A stretch of DNA of 64,000 nucleotides from Octopus vulgaris (GCA_951406725.2 OX597815.1:179180001-179244000), one strand, 5' to 3'; positions 28,153-41,086 are shown, counted from the stretch's first letter. Translations and numbers: made by a program. Notes: a model not told the origin generated them from the letters alone.

Positions 28153-28243
28153 TCAAGGACACAACGTGTCGCCGGGAATTGAACTCACGACCTTACGAGC
28201 GCGATCCGAATACCCTAACCACTAAGTCATGCGGCGCCTTCAC
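28151..28243 (-). mobile_element. tRNA-derived SINE head fragment
   Basis: cttagtggttaggg...gagttcaattccc...tgtgtccttgagc. Confidence 0.6.
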
Positions 28244-28285
<42 letters not shown>

Positions 28286-28840
28286 CGACTGAAGAAGGGG
28301 TTTTCCTTGTGTTAATTGTCCTGTACTCCATTTTTTGTTGTTTTTAAAAAAGTGTCCAGTTCCTTTGGTTTGTGTCTATGTTTTCGTTTCTCTTTGTGTT
28401 CGACGTCCCTTTGGTGTCCTGTGCTCACATATGCGTGTATATGTACATGTAGAGGTAGATACGTACATATATGTTTATATATATGCATATGTTTTATTTC
28501 ATTTATTAATATATATATAAATATATATGGTGGATTTAAGCGATGATGTAATCTATGAATGCCTAAATAAAATGCTATCGAAACAGCTGTAGAAAATTTT
28601 TAGATCCCCATCTATGTTCTTTCGTACTTACGTCACTCCTGAGTCTAATCTACGGTTTATTTAGGATTTGCTACATTTAGTACCAACAAACGACAGCCTA
28701 TTGCTGCTTTAGCTGAAGCCAAAGTTATGATATCTAGCCAGTCCTGGCAACTTAGGCGATGATGTACCTAAATTCTGATGAATCTATGTATATGCATGTG
28801 TGCGCGCGAGCATATGTGCATATGTGTTGTGTATGTGTGT

Positions 28841-28883
<43 letters not shown>

Positions 28884-29202
28884 GGGGTGAGTGTGTGGTT
28901 GTATGCGTGTTTATGTATATATGAACGTATGTGCATGGCTATTTGTGTGATAATGCATAGAATTTCATAGTGAAGATAACGTATTTTATTAAGATAAAAT
29001 TCTAACAATGGTAAAATGTGTGTAGGGAAGAATGAAAAGAAATTAACTGCATGTGTTAATCGTATTTCCACGTATTTTCACTCTGAATATCATAAACAGT
29101 AATACTACTGAGTAGAACAGAAACCACACCGGATAATGATACTCTATGTACAGCTCTAAATTCACCAGTATCAGTCGTACTTCAAACTGTACATACAGGA
29201 AC

Positions 29203-29281
<79 letters not shown>

Positions 29282-29549
29282 AAATTGAGGATAAAATCTT
29301 TATAAGAAATTATCAGTAGTTAGCGTGAAAAACCTCGTAAGAGAAAAAATCCGTAAATTTTTCCACTTTGAAAATATTTATTTATATTATATAGAAGGTA
29401 CTACTATTCATAGATACCGCACGCTAGGAGGGACCTTTGCGGTCATATATATATATTTATACATACATACATGTGTATGTGTGTTTGGGTGTGTATATAT
29501 GTATGTGTGTATATATATATACACATATAAAATAGTGTACATTTAAACA

Positions 29550-29845
29550 CAAGAGAAAACTGCCTTCAACAGTTTTTACACGTTAGAAGAAGTAGGCAAA
29601 ACGCCCAAAACCAATTAATTATATGTTAGTGTTATGGCGCTATCACTGATCAGAAATTCGCCTAGCAAATTATTTTATTTGCTAATAAAAATTGGAAACC
29701 TAGGTCTGACCGGATTAAAATAACAAGGTAAAAGTTTTTATTTTTCATTCCTTTTGAAGATTGCTCTTAAATGTGGTTTTGATAGTTTTGACTACTTTTT
29801 CTAGCGTGTAAAAACTGCCTGTTGAAAGCAGTTTTCTATTTTATA
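29550..29845. repeat. Diverged inverted-repeat element
   Basis: agaaaactgccttcaacagtttttacacg mirrored by cgtgtaaaaactg...ttgaaagcagttttct. Confidence 0.6.
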
Positions 29846-30024
29846 TTGAGAATATATTGTCTATTGACTTTTTTATACATGCTAGGCCACTGGTAGTGAA
29901 ATTTCTAGAAAACTCATTACCCTATATTTTACGTAAATATACACACATACATACATATACATGTGATAGTGTGAGTGCGTAAGTGTGTGTGTAAATGTGC
30001 GTATGAGATGTCAATAATTGAACA

Positions 30025-31470
30025 ACTACTGACAGATATCCTAATTGCTTGCATGCTATAACATTGTTCAAAGGTAAACAATCCTTAGATCTCCCGCAAG
30101 CTTTCAATTTTATCGCTTTCTTGTACTAAGTGGAATGTGTTGGAAGCAGTAAGAATTATTAGTCGTTGGTTAAATCTGATCTGATATTTTGATTTTCAAA
30201 AGTGAAAAAAAAAAAAAAAAAAAAAAAACCATCCAAAAAAAAGTATAAAAAAAATCCCCCAAAATTAAAAAAGAAAGAAGGAAATATTTTTCAGGAATTA
30301 AATGACTAGAAATAAAAAAAAAAAAGATCCCTTTTGCTTTTTTTTCTTGTTTTATTAGTAGCTTAGTTGCTGGAAACATTCTTTTTGTATAATTGATGAA
30401 ATTAAGCGCAATATATTGCTGGTATTAATGTTATTACTGTAAATCCGTGGAAAGTAAATTCTACACGGAAAATTTGAACTCAGACATAAAAAGATATAAT
30501 TGGAGACTGCAAAGCATTTGATCTCGTAACGTACCATTATTAACAGCGATCTCTCCTTTATTTATGAAAAATGCTCATAGCAAACGAATATATTTTCTTG
30601 ATGTCGAGGATTCAACTTTTCATAATATCAAAATTTTGTATGTCAATTTAGAGGGTCAAGAAAATATGCATTTAATAATAAGTGTTTGTAGTTACTTTAA
30701 ACTGGGCATTAAAAGAAGTGTTGGTATTGTTAATTTCTCGAAGTATATTAAGGAATAAACAGAAGAAAAATCAAAGTAGATGTAGTTCGTTTATTCTACA
30801 AGTAAAATAAAATGCCTTCAAATATACGTATATAAGAAAGCATTCAAGTGTACCAATACATTGCACTGAGAAGAAATCGAGAAAATTGAAAGCTTGCAGG
30901 AGATCTAAGGAGTGTTAACGTTTGAACTACATTGTTGCATGCAAGTTATTAGGATATCTGATCATCATCATCATTGTTCGACCGTGGTCGAGACAATGGA
31001 ATTTACCATGCTACGCCAGACTTCACGGTCCATCATGGCATTACGGAGGTCCTGTTGCTGGATGCCTGTATCCCTGGAGATTACATCAGGGTAGGAGAGT
31101 GTGCGCCCTCTGGTATTGCGAGTAGATGGCTTCCAGAGGAGAAGAGTAGAAATTACTTCTTTTTCAGCTCTACAACAATGTCCAGCAAACTGGACTCTCC
31201 TACCTTTCACAAGAGATGACACAGGTGGTAGTTTCCCATATATTTGCATTTTGGTTGGATGGCGCTTCCACGAGAGATTTTGAGCTCTCATAAGGAGGCG
31301 AGTGTACGTTCCATCCAACCACCTCTCAAGCTTCTTTGATAGCGTTCAGGTTTCTGAGCTATATAGTAGAATTGGTTCGACTGTGGCTTTGAAGATTTCA
31401 AGTTTGAAGTCTCTACTTAGATTTGATGTCCAGATCTTATGCATGTCATTACATTGATATCTGATAGTGG
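30025..31470. mobile_element. TIR element (~100 bp TIRs) whose right TIR is interrupted by an RTE
   Basis: cagatatcctaa...ccttagatctcc.gcaagctttcaatttt inverted at ~30880-30960. Confidence 0.6.
30963..31455 (-). mobile_element. RTE-clade LINE, 5'-truncated 3' end
   Basis: DGTYTRLLMRAQNLSWKRH...RRVQFAGHCCR...LLLWKP...AMMDREVWR; (GAT)n tail; TSD gatatctgat at 30953-30962 and 31456-31465. Confidence 0.9.
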
Positions 31471-31500
31471 TTACATTATATATACATACATAAATATATA

Positions 31501-31785
31501 CTGCTGTGTCTGGGGAGAGTCATTCTCTTTTAGTGCCTTATAATTTAACACTCACTGGTAAAATTTCCACTTATTTCTTTTTGTTCTACTTTTCAATAGT
31601 TTTGAAAAGGTTGCAAGACGCAACGAAAATTTTAGAAAAATAAAAAAAGAAATAAGTGGAAATTTTATCGGTGTGTGTGTTAAATTATAAGGCACCAAAA
31701 GAGAATGACTCTCCCCAGACACAACAGAATATGCTTCAACACACGAACTCATATAAATAATCTTGCAAACCAAATCCCAAAACTA
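31501..31785. mobile_element. Fold-back element with hammerhead-like motif in the spacer
   Basis: ~80 bp inverted arms (31501-31582, 31645-31727); TTGAAAA-g-gttgc-aagac-gcaac-GAAA-attt-TA at 31602-31634. Confidence 0.7.
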
Positions 31786-32119
31786 TATATATATATATCA
31801 TTAAGGCGTCTTCTCGATTTTTCTCGTGATTTCCTGTATACCAGAATCCTGATTTTCAAACAGAACCAAGCATATACTCTGAGCCTAAGACTGCTTGGGA
31901 GACACAAGGCATATTATATAAACCTGCTCAGTGTCTCTATGGCAAGAAAACTATTGATAGCTCTTATTTTGAATACTATGTACATTAAATAATATTTGTC
32001 TCTCACTGGGTGGAGTAATTTTTGGCTGATTTTCCTTAACGATGACTTAGGATATATTCTTAATATACTCCAGCAGGATGGAATGTGAAATATGCTAGTC
32101 GCCAGTGTCGAGTAATCAC

Positions 32120-32550
32120 ACATAGATTCGGATCAATGGTTTGCATTGATCTATCTTCTAAATTGGATTCACTCTGTCATCGACGTCGTGTGGCTTCCTT
32201 GCCTCTTTTCAATAAGTATTTTCATGGACATTCTTCAGCTGAGCATGCTTCTCTGGTTCCTCCTTTAAGAACATATCAGCAATGAACTTGGCTTGCATCC
32301 AGTTCTCATCAATATACTGTGCAACCTCCTAAGTGTCGTAAAGCACTTCACAGTATCAGTTTCTTCCCTCGCACCTCTGAAATTTGGAATTCCCTTCTAA
32401 AGTCTTGTTTTCCTCTTCAATATGACTTCCAGTCTTTTAAGTCTAATGTACATCGTCACCTGTTGACTTCTGTTTAGCGTCCATTTTATTCTAGTAGCTC
32501 TTACGTTTTCAATGGTCTAATGAACTTGTAACGAGCGAATGCTTTAAAAA
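32120..32550 (+). mobile_element. CR1/Jockey-group LINE 3' end
   Basis: LDSLCHRRRVASLPLFNKYFHG...SFFPRTSEIWNSL...FP..YDFQSFKSNVHRHL. Confidence 0.8.
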
Positions 32551-32891
32551 AGAATTATCTCTGTGGAATGGAATTCAACACGATTGACATCGATTACAGT
32601 TTTTATTAACCGTTAAATTGTACGAGAGGAGAAACCATAATATCATAAAACTTTTCTTCTTGAAAAGACTTGGCACTTCAATTAAATGATTTTTCTGTTC
32701 TATTGAGATTAACAAAATGGAAACTATAACCTAATATATAAGCAATTTTCTTTTCTGGTTGTTTCTATCTAAAGATACCTGCTTTGTACCGCTCACCAGC
32801 AAAATACTTGTCCGTGTTACAATACAATTGTTTTATTCACCAGCGAACCATTGTCCTCTGGCACTCGTATGTTTCCGTAAGTTATCTTATA

Positions 32892-34023
32892 CAGGGTGCG
32901 TTAGGTAAATTGTCGTAATTTTATTTTTTTTTATTTCACGCATGCGCATTGTTTGTTTCTGATTTTGTCGCCTGCACAGTATAGTAGGGTCAGTTAGTCA
33001 CCGTCTGTGACAAAAACAGCATCATGACGCAATTCACTCTGCCAGAAATTTGGAAATGACATGCTGTACTGCTTGGCATTCGCGCCGGAAGCTTCAATAC
33101 GAACATTTCAGAGAATTTGGGTGTCAATCTGAGGACAGTGCAATCTGAGGACATGTACCGAGAGCGATAAGAATCAGACATTGTCAACATCATGGTGTTT
33201 GGAGTGATCACTAGTGATGGCGACGTTATGCCTCCATTCATCTTCCCACACGGCCTCGGACTTAACATAGAGGCCTACATGAAGTGGCTGGGGTAGATAG
33301 TGCTGCTCTAGGTCAAGAGGGTAGCTGCTGGAAGACCCTATGTCTGGCAACAGAACTCTACACCATGATCACCAGCAGGAGAACCTAGCCATGGCTGATA
33401 CACAATTTCTGCGACCATATCACACCTAACATCAGGCCACCTAACTCCCCAGACTGCAACCCTCTTGAATTTTATGCGGGGCACAGTTGAGCGAGAGACC
33501 AACAAAACGCCTTGTAACACCAAAAATAAACTGAAGGCAAATATTACGGCAGCATTCACCAATTTAAACAAAAAGACCGCCCAGAAGAGTTGCAGGAGAT
33601 TCTGAAGGCGTCTGGCGGCCGTAGTTGGAGCCAATGGGGATTTTATCGGATAAATTTATTCTTTAGTATTTCAAGATATTTTTATATAATTTTGGTAAAT
33701 ATATTTGTTAAAATGAGATGTCAGTGTTATTTGAATTTTTGCGTAATTTAGACGACAATATATTCACCGCATTAAGGCGGCGAGCTGGCAGAAACGTTAG
33801 CACGCCGGGCGAAATGCTTAGCGGTATTTCGTCTGTCGTTACGTTCTGAGTTCAAATTCCGCCGAGGTCGACTTTACCTTTATCCTTTCGGGGTCGATTA
33901 AATAAGTACCAGTTACGCACTTGGGTTGATCTAATCGACTTAATCCGTTTGTCTGTCCTTGTTTGTCCCCTCTATGTTTAGCCCCTTGTGGGCAGTAAAG
34001 AAATATATATTCACCGCACCCTG
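32892..34023 (+). mobile_element. Tc1/mariner (maT-like) transposon, internally deleted
   Basis: TA-cagggtgcg...cgcaccctg-TA termini; IMVFGVITSDGDVMPPFIFPHGL, YVWQQNS, PPNSPDCNPL motifs. Confidence 0.85.
33772..34004 (+). mobile_element. SINE family B inserted in the transposon TIR
   Basis: TSD atatattcaccgca at 33758-33771 and 34005-34018. Confidence 0.9.
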
Positions 34024-34107
34024 TATATGATCAAGCTGGATGTAAATTGTCCTGCGGATATGCAAATTTCATTCGCCCAGTGTCTGGAATGTATGTATGT
34101 AGTTTTC

Positions 34108-34475
34108 TTTTATTCTTGTACCTTTTTTCAGTCATTCGACTGTGGCCATACTGCAGCACCGACTTTGAAGGACTTTTAGTCGAATGAAACGATTCCATTG
34201 TTTAATTATGCTAAACTTGGAACTTATTCTATTGATATCTTTTGGTGAACCGCTAGGTTACGGTGACGCAAATACATCAGCACCGGTTATCGAGTGGTGG
34301 TCGGAGTGACACACACACACACGTCGGGCTTCTTTCAGTTACCGTCTGCCAAATCCTCTTACAAGGCCTTTATCGAGCGATAAAGACACTTACCCAAATT
34401 GCCACGCAGTGGGACTGAGCCTGAAACCGTTTGGTTGGGAAGCACACTTCTTACCACATAGCTACCCCTGTGCCT
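34108..34475 (-). mobile_element. SINE family A, diverged
   Basis: gccacgcagtgggactga and family A head and tail. Confidence 0.8.
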
Positions 34476-34584
34476 AGATTTTATATATGTATATATATAG
34501 ATATATAAAACGTTTTTTTTTTTGATGTCGTGTACCCATATATGCATGTATATATACATATAGATGTAGGTATGTACATATATG

Positions 34585-35378
34585 GGATCTTTTCCTTTTG
34601 AACGGCTGACAATTTCTAGTTAACTAAATACTTTAAAACTTCGTATACAGTTAGAATGTGTCAAAATAAAGCATTTTTTCTCTTGGCTTTCTTGAGAAAA
34701 TTGTAATTTGTTTGTTTAACGTAGTTTAATTTTTCGAATTTTAACCAATCCTATGCTCTCTTTTGAGCTAAAATCATTTGCTGCGTCTAAAACTGAGACA
34801 CTACCCCTCAACCTAACGCTAACCCTACTTTTTTTTTCTTAATTGTTAAATTAATTTAATTGTTACGCGTGTAAAAAAACCCGAAAGCAATGGAAAATGA
34901 TTTAAACAATTAACAAACAAAATAATTCTATAATTTTATACACACGCTTTCCGTAACACACGCTCTTCGTATACGTACGGAAAGCGTGTGTATAAAATTA
35001 TAGAATTATTTTGTATGTTAATTGTTTAAATTATTTTCCATTGCTTTAGTTTTTTTACACGCGTAACAATTAAATTGATTTAACAATTAAGAAAAAAAAT
35101 TAGGGTTAGGGTTAGGGGGAGGTTTAGGGTTAGTTACAGGATGTTGTCTCAGTTTTAGATGCAGCAAATGATTTTAGTTGAATGGAGGTAATTGATTGGT
35201 TAAAATTCCCGAAATGCTCGGATTTTCAGACGAAATATCTTACAAACTATAGAATTTTCTCAATAAAGCCAAGAAAAAAATGATGTTTTAAAAACACATT
35301 CTACCAGTATACGAAGTTTAAAAGTGTTTAGTTAACTAGAAATTGTGTTGACATCTGCCGTTCAAAAGGAAAAGATCC
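34585..35378. mobile_element. Fold-back MITE with GGATCTTTT termini and internal TTAGGG-like repeats
   Basis: Inverted along its whole length, centre ~34970; termini related to 52863-53213; no TSD visible. Confidence 0.8.
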
Positions 35379-36124
35379 GTTATTTTCCCCAAAAGAGAAA
35401 TTATAGGTTTCCCTTTTTTCCGGTTCAAAAATTAATTCCTTGCAAGAGGAACGACAGTTCAAATCCTCCCCCCCGTTTGGGGGCGGTGTGTAGCTCAATA
35501 ATGCCTATAAAGGCCAAATAATAACAATGTGTACTCCGTTAAAAATACATGGAATAAATAAATGCCAAATGGCCACAGAAATCTTTCTATTCCCCGGTGT
35601 CCCGGGAAATAATATACAGCTCAACGGTACTTGTATCGCAGAGTGGTCCCGGTTTGCACACACGCGCAGACGCGCGTCCGTGCTAGCCAGACGTAGGCAG
35701 TCGATCCTACAAGCTGACTGGCGCATGCACGATATATACGATATATACTTGTATCGATATATACGTGTATACGATATATACTTGTATATATACTTGTGCG
35801 ATACAAGTATATATCGTATATATACAAGTATATATCGTATACACGTATATATCGATACAAGTATTTATCGTATATATCGTGCATGCGCCAGTCAGCTTGT
35901 AGGATCGACTGCCTACGTCTGGCTAGCACGGACGCGCGTCTGCGCGCGTGCGCAAACCGGGACCACTATGCGATACAAGTACCCAGCTCAACAACACCTG
36001 CAAACAGACAGCAGTTCAACAATAAAAGTTTTTAACAAAAATACACAACGAATAACAAAATTTCAACAGAAAAATAATAACTTACAGCGCACAGAAAAAA
36101 AAACACGAACAACGTTGTTGAACT
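35379..36124 (-). mobile_element. 5' region of a Tx1-like LINE derivative
   Basis: Homologous to 52075-52438, which runs into Tx1-like RT sequence; preceded by a SINE-A head at 36125-36163. Confidence 0.6.
35626..35983. mobile_element. Near-perfect fold-back MITE (Mutator- or Merlin-like)
   Basis: ggtacttgtatcgca...tgcgatacaagtacc; 9 bp TSD cagctcaac at 35617-35625 and 35984-35992. Confidence 0.9.
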
Positions 36125-36401
36125 GGAAGCTAGTTTCTTACCACATAGCCCCCTCCCTGCGCCTATCGCAGCATAATTTGTTTGGTAAAACAAATATTCT
36201 GCTTAACAATCTTGTGATTACAGACATCTACCTATGTATATGTATGTGTGCGTGTATGTATGTATGTATGTATGTATGTATGTATGTATGTATGTATGTA
36301 TGTATGTATGATTGTATGTATGTATGAGTGTGTGTTTGTGTGTGTATGTATGTATGTATGCATCTATTTATCTATCTATCTATCTGTCTGTCTATACACA
36401 T

Positions 36402-36431
<30 letters not shown>

Positions 36432-36437
<6 letters not shown>

Positions 36438-36800
36438 TTATAAAAATGAAGTGAAAACGCCACTAGATAAGATAAATTTTAATTTTCTGAGAGATTTTAC
36501 ATGTTTCGGTTCTTCTTGAAAAATCGAATCTTATCAAAAATATTTTTAAAAGTTAAGTGTAATAAAAAAAGTTCATAACTGTTTCTTACTAGTCTCAACA
36601 GTCCACATTGTGGTGTTTTGTGTGTGAAACAATTATGAACATTTTTATTGCACTTAACTTTTAAAAATATTTTTGATAAGGTTCGATTTTTCAAGAAGAA
36701 CCGAAACATGTAAAATCTCTCAGAAAATTAAAATTTATCTTATATAGTGGCGTTTTCACGCTTCTTTTTTATAAATATATACCCACTCGTATGCCACCTA
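36432..36800. mobile_element. Fold-back element with hammerhead-like motif in each arm
   Basis: ~150 bp inverted arms; attt-TTGATAA-ggttc...gaacc-GAAA-catg-TA-aaat at 36669-36716. Confidence 0.75.
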
Positions 36801-36820
36801 CACTTTACACACACACTCAC

Positions 36821-36887
<67 letters not shown>

Positions 36888-36896
36888 ATACATACA

Positions 36897-37198
36897 TGGC
36901 TAATGTTTGCAAGTACACCGGCACGAAAAAATCTAGTTTTTTTTGAAAATTTTTCAGCGGAATCCTGTTTTTCCATATTATTAATCTGCATATTTTTCCA
37001 CGTAGACTGAAAAAAAAAAAAAAATTTCGAAAAAAAGTTGAAATTAAAAAATTTGTGGTGGGGAGGGAATTGAAAATTTTGAAAACATTATTTTTGGCAT
37101 ATTCAGAATCTCCGTCATCGAAACCACAAGGAATCCGCTGAAAAACATTTTTAAAAAAGGTCCAATTTTTTTCGTGCCTGTGTATTTGTAAATATTAA

Positions 37199-37201
<3 letters not shown>
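36897..37201. mobile_element. MITE with ~35 bp TIRs in (TA)n
   Basis: tggctaatgtttgcaagtacaccggcacgaaaaaa / ttttttcgtgcctgtgtatttgtaaatattaacca. Confidence 0.7.
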
Positions 37202-37276
<75 letters not shown>

Positions 37277-37279
<3 letters not shown>

Positions 37280-37639
37280 CACATAACCCCTAACATTTGG
37301 CCTGCTAATTCCCCAGATCTCAATCCACTGGACTATTACATGTGGAGCGTTGTTGAGAGAGAGGTCAATGAACATACTCATCACACCAAAGATTGAAAGC
37401 TGCTATAGTCAGAGTAATGTCCAAAATGAAACCAGTACCACTTGATTTGAGCATGTAGATTATTTAGATCTCATATAGAAACAGTTGTTGAAGCTGAAGG
37501 TGGCTTTATTGAATAACATGATAGAAAAGAAGGTTTATTTTTGTCCTTATAGCACTTTTTGATAAATAAAGTTATCTGTTATTATATATCTGTTTTTTTT
37601 TTATAAACAAATCTGGCCTCAAATATCTTACGCACCCTG
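37277..37639 (+). mobile_element. Tc1/mariner (maT-like) 3' fragment
   Basis: WPANSPDLNPLDYYMWSVVERE; ends cgcaccctg-TA. Confidence 0.85.
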
Positions 37640-37880
37640 TATGTACATAGGTAGATGTATGTAATCACACATGATTAATAAGCAGAGTGCTCGTTTTACG
37701 AAACAAATTATGCTTTCATGATATTTAAACGCTCGTCTGAGACTGGAGTATTTGAAATCGGGAGAAGCAGCATAAATTACTTGAGAATAACTACCTACAC
37801 ATAAAGAATTCGGAAGAAAAGAATTAACAGAGATATGTTCTCTGTAAAAAAAGTAATGCTCAAGATTCAGAAAGAGATTG

Positions 37881-37923
<43 letters not shown>

Positions 37924-38199
37924 ATAACATTAAATAAATGATAACGGGAACAGCATAACATTTTATTACATAGCGTAACAGTCAGATACTAGCGATTAAA
38001 AATACTCAGCTACTTACTAATATAACGAATAAGATGAATAAAAATCAATAGGCAGGAAACAGCGACCGAATCCAATCAATCAAACCGCAATAAACAAGGA
38101 AAATATTAACTTACACCCGTTATCTTTGTTAAAACAAAATTTATGCAATGGATTCTAAAACATGTTCATTGGGAATTACACACTCGCCAATGCACACTG

Positions 38200-38240
<41 letters not shown>

Positions 38241-38319
38241 TCTCTGTCCATTTCTCTCTCCCTTTCTCTCTATTTCTCTGTTTGTTTGTCTGTCTGTCTG
38301 TCTGCATTTAACTTCTATC

Positions 38320-39500
38320 GACAGAAAATCGGTGACCGCAATGGGCACGCGAATGGCCCCCTCCTTTGCTAACCGAGTCATGGGGTGCGTAGAAATCAAT
38401 CTTTATCGTAAGGTACATAAAAATACGGAAACCCATTTTCCCTGTACATAGAAAATAACTGGAAAATTTATCTAAATGACTGTTTCATTCTTTGGTACGA
38501 AAGTATAGACTTAAAGAATTTCAAGCACTTCTGAATGGACTTGACATAAACATTCAATTTACGATGGAATATAGCCACCTACAACTTCCATTCCTCGACA
38601 TCCTCATTAAGAAATCCAACAACAAAATAGAAATAGACATTTACTATAAGCCCACGGACTCTAAGCAATATCTGCCATCCAACTCTTGCCAGCCCAGACA
38701 CAGTAGAATGAATATCCTTTACAACTTGGCGAAAGGATTTGTACTATAGTAACTGATACAAGCACCAGGGACACACGATTACATGAACTAAAGCATACAT
38801 TCATCAGCAGGAACTACCCAGCATCACTAATTGATATAGGCTTTCAATGTGCCTTACAACTCAACATTCACGAACTCAGACACACCGGACTAAAGAAGGA
38901 TTTACAGCCAAAAGCCATACCATACATATCCCCACATATATAAACGATGAGGCCTTCGACACCATCCTCCAGAACACCCGTTTACTAAAAAGGGATCATA
39001 GAATGGATCAAATCCTCCAAACGCACACCATCATAAAGAGCAAAAGACAGCCCAAGTCATTATAAACTTTTCTAACACAGGCCCAAGTACACTCGTCAAC
39101 AACACCGAAACTGACAGTAAAAAAATGCGGAAGACCTAACTGTGGTATATGTGCCAACCTAACTGAAGGATCAGAATTCTCCTTCAAACAGGCTCAATGT
39201 TTTACAGTGAAATATAACTCCACATATGCTTCGGAAAGCCTAATATACCTATTAACTTGCTCAGGGTGTCGAGAAAAATATATTGGTCAAACTAAAAATA
39301 GTCTACACCAGAGGATGACGGTACATAGGTCCCAGATTAAAATACGAGAATACAGACAAATAGGATTAAGCAAGCGCCATTATTTGCGCCATTAAGGAAC
39401 AACCCAACGTTAGAATTTTTTCCCTCTATAAATTCAGGGACAATGCAACCTATAATCAGTGCGTTAGCAAAGAAGCATATTTTATCGCAAATTATTTTGA
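38320..39500 (+). mobile_element. Penelope-like retroelement: RT plus GIY-YIG, decayed
   Basis: TAMGTRMAPSFAN, YLND, NIQFTME..LPFLDI..DIYYKPTDSKQYL, CGRPNCGIC, LIYLLTCSGCREKYIGQT..LHQRMTVHR. Confidence 0.9.
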
Positions 39501-40138
39501 ATGCTTTCACCACAGATGAAACTACTACAAAAATTTAGAACAATTCCAGCCACTACTGTTACGACCACAACAGGTCACTTTTAGGTCATTTGACCATTAA
39601 AGAAGATTCCACGAACAATCTACTGTGTCACACCACTCCTGACATTTTTCTTTTCTTTCCCCTTCTTCCTCTTCTTTCCCTACTCCCATTTCTCTTCCTT
39701 CTTCATATCCCCCTCCCCTTCCTTCTTCTTCTTCTCCATCGGCTGCTCCTGCTTAAACCATCAATTCTCTGTACTCATAAAACTATTTCTTCAGATTTGC
39801 TACTACCTAAATACCAACCATTCACAAAGGAAGAGAGAAAAGAGAGAGACTATTTGAAGACTATGGAAATATTTACAAAACATTTCACTTAATTTTGTGC
39901 TCTCCAATTTAGTTGCTTTTCTTGTTTTACTCTAAGTTGAAAACGTCTAAAAGACGCAAACCAGTACTAAAATGTGCTTCGTGATAAAATTATTTTAGCA
40001 TTTTCTACCTTGTCTTATTTCCGACTAGCGGTCGCTTTGTATGAAACTCGCTCTTACTGCAGATTTTCGCTCGTACTTCAAGACAAAATTTCGCACGCGC
40101 CTTGGTTAGTACAGCAAATTACTCGTACAATGGTGCAC

Positions 40139-40208
<70 letters not shown>

Positions 40209-40209
<1 letters not shown>

Positions 40210-40394
40210 TTTTATTTTAAGCAGCAGAAAATTCAACAAAATCTGTTACTCTGAGTTTCTCGTTGCCGGCAACGAGAAACTCAGAGTAACAGATTTTGTT
40301 GAATTTTCTGCTGCTTAAAATAAAGCATATTACTCTACCACTGGTATTTGAGTACTCTTTTTTCCACCTTGTTTCACATTTATGTGTTTACTCC

Positions 40395-40396
<2 letters not shown>
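40209..40396. mobile_element. Spacer-less palindrome plus tail, same family as 57029-57256
   Basis: Arms meet at 40267/40268; between (TA)n tracts. Confidence 0.85.
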
Positions 40397-40483
<87 letters not shown>

Positions 40484-41033
40484 ATGTATGAATTTATGCA
40501 AATATACGTACGTGTTAGTTCTTGATAATAAAGTACTGCCACTTAATTTAAATGTGCTTTGCCATAAGTCGAATACATATTATTGACTTTTGCTAGAGTT
40601 ATGACCAAATCTAGAACATAGCGGAGCCGGAGAAAACTCGTATAATTCCATAATAAGTACTGATAACAACGTCTCTTAATAAATTTCGCCGTACCCCAAT
40701 ACATATTCAAAAACAAATAAACTATTCTAATATAAATATATGAAAAATATAGATATACAGAATGTTCATATCGAGAGCTGGTATAATCAACATAATAATA
40801 GGTAAGGATGAAAAGAGATGCCGACGGATAAATTATCCAGGCTTTAGGACATTCAAACATGCACGAGGAAAATATACTAGCTTAGTAGTACTGTATGTAT
40901 GTATGTATGTATGTATGTATGTATGTATGTATGTATGTATGTATGTATGTATGTATGTATCTATGTTTGTATGTATGTATGTATATATATATATATGTGT
41001 ATTATGTTTTCCAGTTTCAGCTCTTGAGCTGTG

Positions 41034-41086
<53 letters not shown>

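Noticed and set aside
28530-28600. GAAACAGCTGTA hammerhead 3' half
   Set aside because: No properly spaced core or stem II upstream
35730-35880. Short spaced repeats resembling a CRISPR array
   Set aside because: Internal subrepeats of a MITE with no unique spacers or cas genes, in a eukaryotic context
35505-36327. 266 aa ORF with mirror ORFs on the other strand
   Set aside because: Produced by the palindromic MITE plus (TATG)n
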